IMG/VR virus record: IMGVR_UViG_2910649936_000002
Span: 2,713 to 66,712 of that record
Strand: one strand, 5' to 3'
DNA: 64,000 nt
From: a virus
Lineage: Duplodnaviria; Heunggongvirae; Uroviricota; Caudoviricetes
Within the stretch, counting starts at the first letter, position 1. Each line of letters opens with the position of its first letter. The notes beneath the pieces were generated by a model. It did not search any database, was not told where the DNA came from, and saw nothing but the letters and a program-made list of their open reading frames with translations. Positions 57,419-64,000 of this stretch are shown in pieces. The translations under genes were made by a program, and so were the position numbers.

Positions 57419-57982
57419 TTACATTAATATTCGTATATTTTCATACGATTTGATGACTTGCAAACAATTCACATATTCTTTTCTTGTTATTTTAAGTTGA
57501 TTTAATATCTCATTAGGTTTATATTGATATACCAGCAATCTTAATACTGCCTGTTGTGTAGTAGACAATTTTTCCATATAAGCTGCGATATTGTCACTAT
57601 ACATTTGCTCAAATATATCGTTTTCTAATGTTTTATTATCTTGTATCATCTCTACTAAACTAATATCTTTACCTTCCGTCACACAAATTGTTTGATCAAT
57701 TGAGCATGCAATTCTATCCGCTTTTCTTTTCTGCCTATTTCTTCTTGTTATTTCTGTCATAATCTTTTTATATAGACATGAATATAAAAAAGCTTCGAAT
57801 TTTTGTTCTCTATCATATCTTTTTAGTACATCAACAAATACTTCATTGGCCAATGAATAAAAATCATCCATATCTTTTTGACTAATCCCACCGAATTTCT
57901 TTAATATTTGATCTACTAACTTATGTAATTTTTTCGCATTGTTTTTGTAATAAATCTCTGTATAATCCATATTATCCTCCAC
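57419..57982 (-). CDS. Sigma-70-family-like transcription factor
   Basis: A region-2-like segment (FYSLANEVFVDVLKRYDREQKFEAFLYSCL) and a C-terminal HTH (QQAVLRLLVYQYKPNEILNQLKITRKEY). Confidence 0.45.
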   Translation of the reverse strand: MEDNMDYTEIYYKNNAKKLHKLVDQILKKFGGISQKDMDDFYSLANEVFVDVLKRYDREQKFEAFLYSCLYKKIMTEITRRNRQKRKADRIACSIDQTICVTEGKDISLVEMIQDNKTLENDIFEQMYSDNIAAYMEKLSTTQQAVLRLLVYQYKPNEILNQLKITRKEYVNCLQVIKSYENIRILM

Positions 57983-57988
57983 ATTGAC

Positions 57989-58594
57989 CTAAAGTAAAAT
58001 CTCATCCACATCCCGAATATTAAATGTTCTTTCCTCTAAACGTTGTACTGTTTTCTGCAATTTATTTTCAGCGATACCAGCCAAGTTTAAATCTAACAAT
58101 GATTGCACTACACTTAATTCATCTTTAATACTTCTTCTCCTTTTCATAATCTCTCTGACTGTTTTATACGACATATAACCAGCACATGCATTTTTATTTT
58201 TATCTAGTTCAATATCATGTAAACAATTACTGAGTTGTTTATCTACATTAGATAAATTCGCAAGCAATTGATTTTTCCGCTTGTTTGCGTCAATTGCTAA
58301 CATATTTAATCCTTCTACTTTTTTCATCCATTCTGTAACAGATTGGGGAACCTGATAGTCTTTACAAACAATTATTTTATTTTCGTTCTTTGCTTTTCTT
58401 TCTGCCGAAGAAATTTCAGGTATCGGAATAACCGTGAAATGAAATCGTTTTAACGTTTTTGGCAAATTATCAACTAAGTTTTTTGCTTTTGAATATTCAA
58501 ATCTTTGCATTTGATTTTTTGGACATGTCTCCACTTTCCCATCTTTGAGTTTGATATACACATCTTTTTGTTGATTACATATAGCATAATCCAT
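57989..58594 (-). CDS. Hypothetical protein
   Basis: 201-aa ORF. Confidence 0.35.
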   Translation of the reverse strand: MDYAICNQQKDVYIKLKDGKVETCPKNQMQRFEYSKAKNLVDNLPKTLKRFHFTVIPIPEISSAERKAKNENKIIVCKDYQVPQSVTEWMKKVEGLNMLAIDANKRKNQLLANLSNVDKQLSNCLHDIELDKNKNACAGYMSYKTVREIMKRRRSIKDELSVVQSLLDLNLAGIAENKLQKTVQRLEERTFNIRDVDEILL

Positions 58595-58637
58595 AAAATA
58601 TCCCTTCTTTCATACATAATTTCGTAAAAATGGTCGC

Positions 58638-58709
58638 AAAATCCCAATTGAGCTAATCGGATTCGAACCGATAAATACATGAATCAAAGTCATGTGCCTT
58701 ACCTTTTGG
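58638..58709 (-). tRNA. tRNA-Gln (anticodon UUG)
   Basis: Minus-strand sequence TGAGCTA TT GCC..GGC A CATGA CTTTGAT TCATG TATTT ATCGG TTCGAAT CCGAT TAGCTCA A. It has a 7-bp acceptor stem, a 5-bp anticodon stem with a 7-nt loop (anticodon TTG), and a T-arm GGTTCGAATCC. CCA is not encoded. Confidence 0.7.
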
Positions 58710-58772
58710 CAATAGCTCATTACATATTTCTATATTTAATTGTTAAAAAATTTGAAAATTTTGCAGAAACGC

Positions 58773-58801
58773 TTGAACAATATCTCGAAAATGTGTAATA
58801 T
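58773..58801 (+). promoter_or_regulatory. Strong sigma-A-like promoter on the plus strand (TTGAAC -17 nt- TAATAT), pointing antisense into the MazF-like gene
   Basis: TTGAAC at 58773-58778, a 17-nt spacer, TAATAT at 58796-58801. No plus-strand coding gene with an RBS follows it. Confidence 0.4.
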
Positions 58802-58963
58802 ATAATATGCATAGTTGTTTCTGCAATTATGTTGTGTTTGAGAAGACATATTTTTAGGTGCGGCAACACCAGTGACAAAATACGTCTTCTCTTTTTTTAT
58901 GTTTACATGTTATCACAAACAAATGTTCTAGTCAATCCAATTCAAAACGTATGTTCTATTTTA

Positions 58964-59323
58964 TTATCTAATCTGAAAATTTGCATCATATACTTTCTTG
59001 ATATTTTTTTGGTTAGAATAATCTGATATATATCCTATATGCTTTAGTATTCTCTTTTTAGAAATCTGTCGTAAACATTCACCAAGAACTATTGAGTCCC
59101 TATCCAATTTGTTATCATTATCTTTTCTAATTAGAGTATGCGTAGGTTGATTCGGATTCTTATTTTTTGTACTTAATGGCATAACTAACGTTGTTGGACT
59201 ATATAAATTTCCAATATTATTTTGTATAATAACCGCTGGGCGTTTACCACCCTGTTCAGAATCGATTACATCTTTCCCAAAATCTACGATTACAACATCA
59301 TATTGCTTTAAGGTTTGTTTCAC
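58964..59323 (-). CDS. mazF: MazF/PemK/EndoA-family endoribonuclease toxin
   Basis: VIVDFGKDVIDSEQGGKRPAVIIQNNIGNLYSPTTLVMPLST...PTHTLI...RDSIVLGECLRQISKKRL is highly similar in pattern to B. subtilis EndoA/NdoA ([32 protein letters not shown]...PTHVEI...RDSVILLEQIRTIDKQRL). Probable GTG start after AAAGGAGG. Confidence 0.8.
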   Translation of the reverse strand: MKQTLKQYDVVIVDFGKDVIDSEQGGKRPAVIIQNNIGNLYSPTTLVMPLSTKNKNPNQPTHTLIRKDNDNKLDRDSIVLGECLRQISKKRILKHIGYISDYSNQKNIKKVYDANFQIR

Positions 59324-59353
59324 TAATCGAATCCTCCTTTCATCTATTTCTAT

Positions 59354-59410
59354 ACAAAAAAAGAATGATGAGGGGACAATGCTCCAGCATCATTCTTACA
59401 TTATTTTTTA
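59354..59410 (-). terminator. Rho-independent terminator hairpin (probably bidirectional)
   Basis: Stem AAGAATGATG / CATCATTCTT (59361-59370 / 59388-59397) with a 17-nt loop. It is followed by U7 on the minus transcript (plus A7 at 59354-59360) and by a T6 run on the plus strand (about 59404-59409). Confidence 0.6.
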
Positions 59411-59677
59411 AATATCTCGTTTTGGCGCACGATTTGTTCTTTTACCATTGAATACATCAATATAACCATAATCATTCGAAACATGAACCGGCTCTCTTTT
59501 TTGACTATCCCATGCTTCTTGTTCTGTTTTAAATAGTCTGGATTCCGGCAATCTAATTGCTCCACACGATCCTACCAATTGTATCACATAGAATTTTCCT
59601 TGTCTTGCGGAAACACGTGCCTTTCTTACATTCATGTTGTTTTCAAGAATATAGCATATATCATCTTTCTTAAACAT
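59408..59677 (-). CDS. Hypothetical protein
   Basis: 89-aa ORF upstream of the terminator. It does not look like an RHH or AbrB antitoxin. Confidence 0.35.
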   Translation of the reverse strand: MFKKDDICYILENNMNVRKARVSARQGKFYVIQLVGSCGAIRLPESRLFKTEQEAWDSQKREPVHVSNDYGYIDVFNGKRTNRAPKRDI

Positions 59678-59688
59678 TATATCATCTC

Positions 59689-59919
59689 CTATTCATCAAA
59701 TTCCAATGTTATATAGTTAAACTTCTTGTCTTTCCATTTCCGAACAACCTTACCGAATTTAGATTTAAGTCTTTCAGCATTTTTATAATTGCCACTTGCT
59801 CCATATGAATTTTCTAAAAGATACCAATAGCTTGCCGGCAATTTATATTCAGTAACCTCCATAATATCTCCTATTTCACAGCAATCTATATTTTCAGTAG
59901 TAAAATCCATTTCGCGCAT
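59689..59919 (-). CDS. Hypothetical protein
   Basis: 76-aa ORF. Confidence 0.3.
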   Translation of the reverse strand: MREMDFTTENIDCCEIGDIMEVTEYKLPASYWYLLENSYGASGNYKNAERLKSKFGKVVRKWKDKKFNYITLEFDE

Positions 59920-59972
59920 TAATTTAGTCTCTCCTTCTATATATTATAGAAGATATTATACCATATACTGTA

Positions 59973-60959
59973 TTAGATTTCACTCAAATCTATCCCATAG
60001 CTTCCTTGAATATACCACTTTTTCGTTGTATCTACACTAGATTGTCCCATCTGTTGCTGTGCAAAGACTGCACCAAAATTTTTTGACATTGTAGAAGCAT
60101 ACCAGTGTCGCAACATATGTGGCGTAATCCCATTGCCATATGTTTTAAATATATCCTTGATAGTTCCTTCCGTTACACGTCCACCACGCCTGGTAATATA
60201 TAATGCATTTTTCGACTCTTCATTGATATATGGAATCTTATTCCTTATTTCTAGCCAACGCTCAATTGCTTTAACGGACTTTCCAGTTAGTAACACACGT
60301 CTTTTTTCACACTCACGATTCTTCCCCTTACCTAATATCAGAATGAATGCACGTTTCTCATTATCATCACCATTTAAAAAAACATCATCTAAGTCAAGAT
60401 TAGCAAGTTCAGTTTCCCTAATTCCAGTTCCCTTTAATAAATTAAAGATAGATAAATTTCGCTCTCTTACCATTTCATCTTTTTTCTTAGACATTTTTTC
60501 TTCAATTAAATTTAATTCTGCAACATCAGGCACAACCGCAATATTAATATTTCCAGAAATCCCTTTGTATCCAGATTTTGATACAACATTTGTTATAACT
60601 GGACATTTATTTGTATCTACTAAATATCCCCAAAAACTTTGCAAACGATTCTTATATACTTCCACTGATGTAGGACTGTATCCTCTTTTCTCTTCTAAAT
60701 CCGTAAGATATTGTTTAATATCTTCAGCTTCTACTTCCATCATGTCTCCTGGTTCAATATCTGAAATGTTCAATTTTTTAATAATTTTACGAGCAATACA
60801 ATCATTTAAAAAATCCCTAATCGTAGTATAATAATCACGTTTTGATTTAGTGCTATTTAATCGAATAAAAAAGCGTGTAATAAATTCCGGTATCTTAGCT
60901 TCTTCAAATTTCCTGTTTAACTGCTCATTTTCTTTTTTTCTAACTTCATCTTTATACAT
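59973..60959 (-). CDS. Tyrosine site-specific recombinase/integrase (XerD-like)
   Basis: Catalytic residues in context: GTGIRETEL (Arg), GKGKNRE (Lys), HMLRHWYAS (His-x-x-Arg), KKWYIQGSY (Tyr). Confidence 0.8.
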   Translation of the reverse strand: MYKDEVRKKENEQLNRKFEEAKIPEFITRFFIRLNSTKSKRDYYTTIRDFLNDCIARKIIKKLNISDIEPGDMMEVEAEDIKQYLTDLEEKRGYSPTSVEVYKNRLQSFWGYLVDTNKCPVITNVVSKSGYKGISGNINIAVVPDVAELNLIEEKMSKKKDEMVRERNLSIFNLLKGTGIRETELANLDLDDVFLNGDDNEKRAFILILGKGKNRECEKRRVLLTGKSVKAIERWLEIRNKIPYINEESKNALYITRRGGRVTEGTIKDIFKTYGNGITPHMLRHWYASTMSKNFGAVFAQQQMGQSSVDTTKKWYIQGSYGIDLSEI

Positions 60960-61085
60960 ATTGCCACCTCCTGTTTATCCCTTTCTCTATTTTGCATATT
61001 GCGCAAAGAAAAAAGCACTGGCTTTCCAATGCTTTTCAAATCATAATTTTAGATATGTAATAATAAGATACTTTGTTTATTTGTT

Positions 61086-61307
61086 TTACAAATAATGTCC
61101 TTCAATATGATAATCTCCAGCGCTTAAAGACAACGACGTATTATCTTTTACCCATTCATTTAATTCTTCGGGAGTTGGAAAAGATATCGCCACATTCAAG
61201 TCAACACAAATCGGCAATCCATCTTCTGGCACTTCAGCATCTTCAACCAAACTTCCTAATCGTTCTTTATCATTTAAAACAATAAAATAATGCCATGATC
61301 TCTCCAT
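61086..61307 (-). CDS. Hypothetical protein
   Basis: 73-aa ORF. Confidence 0.3.
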   Translation of the reverse strand: MERSWHYFIVLNDKERLGSLVEDAEVPEDGLPICVDLNVAISFPTPEELNEWVKDNTSLSLSAGDYHIEGHYL

Positions 61308-61329
61308 AATGTCACCTCATTACATAAAA

Positions 61330-61524
61330 CTATTCTTTTAACTGTAAATAATATTCTATCTGTGCAATCTCTGTTTTAATCTTCTTCATTTCCAATAGAG
61401 AATTAATCGCATTATCTTCATAATTCATAGAATCCATATCTTTCAGATCGACTTTAAAATACTCTTGTAGCTTTTTAAGTCGCTCCCGCTTTATTTCCAA
61501 TTCGTATTCCATTATTTCACGCAT
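61330..61524 (-). CDS. Hypothetical coiled-coil protein
   Basis: 64-aa ORF, charged helical. Confidence 0.3.
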   Translation of the reverse strand: MREIMEYELEIKRERLKKLQEYFKVDLKDMDSMNYEDNAINSLLEMKKIKTEIAQIEYYLQLKE

Positions 61525-61558
61525 TTATATTCTCACCTCTCTACATGAAAGTTAAATT

Positions 61559-62239
61559 TCATCTTATTCTTCTTATACAAAATTCACTCATAAATTCAAT
61601 AATTGCACCATCTTCTCCACTCTCATAAAAAGAAATAAGCAATCCCTTAAATTCTTCTAACTTGTCAATTGGTATTTGAAAAATGCCAATATTATTTTCA
61701 ATCAATACTTTGTTCGCCATAAGTTGTGCTACGCGCTTATTTCCATCAATAAACATTTGTGTTCTGGCAATATAACAAAAGTATTTCAGTGCCTTTAATT
61801 CAATATCTTCTATCTGTTCTATTTTATTTACACACTCTATGATAACTCCTGTTTGTGGTATTTCAGGTTCCCATGATGTTCCACCTATCTGTACGGGTAT
61901 AGTTCTTATTTCTCCAGCATAGCTAAAAAGCAATTCACCAACAATTTTATCATACTCTCTTAATAGTGCGATACAATTCTTATACTCAATATTATCTAAT
62001 AAAAATTGCCATGCTCGTTTCATATTAATAACAAATAAAACTTCTTCTGTTTTTGTTGTTGTCGGTGCGTTAGCTATAATTGCCTCTGTTTTTGGAAATG
62101 TCGTGCCTAATCCCTCTAAATTAGCGCTTTTCCAAATGCTATCTATTAATAGCCTTTTTGCCATTTCAATTGCTGTATCACGCATATTAACATCTCCTTT
62201 AATGATTTTCGTATATATTATACTACGCAAATAGTACAT
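61559..62239 (-). CDS. Fic/Doc-family protein with a non-canonical motif (His replaced by Gln)
   Basis: YIARTQMFIDGNKRVAQLMANKV fits HxFx(D/E)GN(G/K)R except for Q at the catalytic His position. Confidence 0.55.
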   Translation of the reverse strand: MYYLRSIIYTKIIKGDVNMRDTAIEMAKRLLIDSIWKSANLEGLGTTFPKTEAIIANAPTTTKTEEVLFVINMKRAWQFLLDNIEYKNCIALLREYDKIVGELLFSYAGEIRTIPVQIGGTSWEPEIPQTGVIIECVNKIEQIEDIELKALKYFCYIARTQMFIDGNKRVAQLMANKVLIENNIGIFQIPIDKLEEFKGLLISFYESGEDGAIIEFMSEFCIRRIR

Positions 62240-62289
62240 GTGCCAATTTCATTTTTTCTTTATAAGATTAATTTTATTCATATTTTTTC

Positions 62290-62379
62290 TTACTTTAAAT
62301 TCTGCTGATCGATCCAATCCTTAATGATTTGCAATAAATACCATCCAACAACTGATACAATAATTCCTGGTAATAACAT
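62290..62379 (-). CDS. Possible 29-aa hydrophobic peptide upstream of the fic-like gene
   Basis: GGAGGAAATATCT ATG. Hand translation MLLPGIIVSVVGWYLLQIIKDWIDQQNLK. Confidence 0.25.
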   Translation of the reverse strand: MLLPGIIVSVVGWYLLQIIKDWIDQQNLK

Positions 62380-62443
62380 AGATATTTCCTCCTTCATATT
62401 ATAATCTATTTCCACATTCCATGTTTATTGAATTGCCTACGCT

Positions 62444-63121
62444 CTACTCTGCATCAGGAAATACAAAAATTGAAGATGGAAGGATAAAAAACGGACGCAC
62501 GCCCCCGCCGTCATACCCACAACCGTTGCAGCTCACGCCGCCATCGGAACAAACAAACCGGACGTAAGAAGAATCATTTCTTGAAGGTGTTTGATTGGGT
62601 GTTGCAAGCCACCACCAAGAATCTACTTTTCCGATAATCTTACTATATTTGCGGTACTGATCGAACGTCATCAGGCTTACTTTGTCAACACATGTTCCAT
62701 AATCATCATATCCATCCATAGATAAAAGGTCTACCTCATGTCCAATAATACTTTCTGTTCCAAATTTATTTTCAAGTTCTTTAAAATATTCTCCATTAAA
62801 ATATGCACGGATATAGCTATTTCCCCAATTATTTGTTAAGCCGAATTCCCATTTCTTCTCTAATAACTTTTTTGTTACTACTGCCGTTGTATCATTTATA
62901 AAATGCTCACATACTATATACTCAACTCCATCACTATCTCTAAACACATTACCAGGTTTTAACGTAAATAGTCTAACTAATTTTCCACCTTCATCAATTC
63001 TGATCTGCATACTTCCATTTATTTTATTAACGATTACTATAATATCTTTCCCTGTATTATTAATTACACTTACATTATTTTTCATAATTTGAATCTCCTC
63101 TTTTATATTTTTATTATTCAC
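62444..63121 (-). CDS. Hypothetical protein, paralog B of 55029..55817, sharing the C-terminal GCGYDGGGVRPFFIL module
   Basis: C-terminus KVDSWWWLATPNQTPSRNDSSYVRFVCSDGGVSCNGCGYDGGGVRPFFILPSSIFVFPDAE. Confidence 0.5.
   Translation of the reverse strand: MNNKNIKEEIQIMKNNVSVINNTGKDIIVIVNKINGSMQIRIDEGGKLVRLFTLKPGNVFRDSDGVEYIVCEHFINDTTAVVTKKLLEKKWEFGLTNNWGNSYIRAYFNGEYFKELENKFGTESIIGHEVDLLSMDGYDDYGTCVDKVSLMTFDQYRKYSKIIGKVDSWWWLATPNQTPSRNDSSYVRFVCSDGGVSCNGCGYDGGGVRPFFILPSSIFVFPDAE
62450..62538. repeat. Direct repeat copy 2 (89 bp)
   Basis: Identical to copy 1. The flanking sequence diverges immediately on the coding side. Confidence 0.9.
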
Positions 63122-63427
63122 TTATAAGCTCATACAATGTTTCATTAAGTTCGGAAAAATCACAATGTACAGTATTTCCATTTGTATTATCAGTAATTTC
63201 GTAATGTCCTTGTCCATTCTCAATAATAGTTTCAATAGTGAATCTCTGCATCCGCCCGTCTCCCTTCAAAAATATAATAAAAAAGCATCTGAATATTTAT
63301 TCTCCAAATGCTTCTTAAAATTCCATAATTCTTTTTTTTGAACTTAAAAGGATGTTAAATAACTTAACACGAAAGCTTTACATCATATTCTCATCTTCTA
63401 CATTAGATTCTCTCTAAAATGTGAATT

Positions 63428-63661
63428 CTATTTCTCATTGATATGCTGATAGTAGCTTACATCTTCATCATCTGAAATTTCACCATCGAAATATGGAGAC
63501 GGTTCTATATCTCGATCATCATAATCATCATAATCAAGATTTATTCTTCCAGCTTCTACTGCCTTTCCAACCTCATTCAATGCCTCATCTATAGATTCCA
63601 CATTATCCACAATCACTGTACGTGAAAATATTTCCCTTACTCTAATAGCATATTTACTCAT
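63428..63661 (-). CDS. Hypothetical acidic protein
   Basis: 77 aa, with a GGGTAGGAGG RBS upstream. Confidence 0.35.
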   Translation of the reverse strand: MSKYAIRVREIFSRTVIVDNVESIDEALNEVGKAVEAGRINLDYDDYDDRDIEPSPYFDGEISDDEDVSYYQHINEK

Positions 63662-64000
63662 TCTTTTGTCCTCCTACCCTTTGCTATTTGCTTCTACTTC
63701 ATATTCTCTGGAATAACATTCATAATATGCAACTAAATATTTTGCCATATCTATATTCCTCTTATCATCCTTTTCTACATATAATTTTCAATTTCTCTAA
63801 TTGCATCTTTTCTGGGTTTATAACATCCAGTGCATTTTGTTTCTCGCCACATATTATCTTTTGTTAATAGATAATCTACACTTTCATAATGACTGAATAC
63901 ACCATTCATTGTGCATCTACATGGTTTTAGTGCATGTAAATAACCTTTTTAATTTTTAATAAACCAGAAATTGCCTTCAATAGATTTAATATTTATTAAC

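Noticed and set aside
58474-58680. 68-aa ORF from the table overlapping the tRNA-Gln region
   Set aside because: It overlaps a well-folded tRNA and has no RBS. It is spurious.
55035-62538. Diversity-generating retroelement (TR/VR) explanation for the two near-identical 89-bp repeats at gene 3' ends
   Set aside because: The repeats are 100% identical with no adenine-specific mismatches, and no reverse transcriptase gene is present in the window. Gene conversion or a recombination junction is more likely.
1-64000. CRISPR arrays, rRNA genes, large tandem repeats
   Set aside because: No regularly spaced short direct repeats or rRNA-like conserved stretches were seen on reading through the window.

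Overview
This window is an AT-rich (about 25-30% GC), gene-dense segment of a large Firmicutes-type (Clostridia-like) phage or prophage. Almost every gene is on the minus strand, arranged in long operons whose starts and stops overlap.

From left to right the minus-strand genes are:
- A 3D-domain cell-wall hydrolase-like protein.
- Anaerobic ribonucleotide reductase NrdD (intein-containing) with its activase NrdG.
- A HAD-family nucleotidase and a guanylate-kinase-like kinase.
- A replication and recombination block: frameshifted NAD-dependent ligase LigA, RecD-like helicase (intein), DNA polymerase III alpha (DnaE-like), RecJ-like DHH exonuclease, Toprim primase, DnaB-like helicase, AAA_24 ATPase, and an SSB-like protein with an acidic DEDIPW tail.
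- A cluster of small cysteine-rich ORFs and two nucleotidyltransferase-fold proteins.
- A DNA-modification and anti-restriction island: an MT-A70 adenine methyltransferase, an SPFH protein with a small membrane partner, an SNF2 helicase, two PF01555-type methyltransferases, an HNH nuclease, an RNA-ligase-like protein, a cytosine-5 methyltransferase carrying an intein at its catalytic cysteine, and a small NPPF methyltransferase.
- Two metallophosphoesterases, an adenylosuccinate-synthetase (PurA/PurZ-like) homolog, and a vWA protein.
- A GC-richer (about 40%) island full of small zinc-ribbon and Lar-like (restriction alleviation) paralogs.
- An accessory segment carrying a DUF262/ParB-like protein, a sigma-like factor, tRNA-Gln, an orphan MazF/EndoA-like toxin, a tyrosine integrase and a Fic/Doc-like protein.

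That last segment is bounded by two 89-bp identical direct repeats, which form the 3' ends of two paralogous genes. No CRISPR array and no rRNA were seen.

The observations worth a second look are:
- The PurA/PurZ-like gene together with a phage guanylate kinase and phosphoesterases, as a possible 2-aminoadenine (Z-base) or other non-canonical purine pathway.
- Three LAGLIDADG inteins.
- The five-methyltransferase island, which includes a G7 homopolymer inside one catalytic motif.
- The GC-rich compositional island.
- The repeat-bounded integrase/toxin cargo.
- The convergent antisense promoter over the MazF-like gene.

All functional calls come from reading motifs in the translations. No database search was run.
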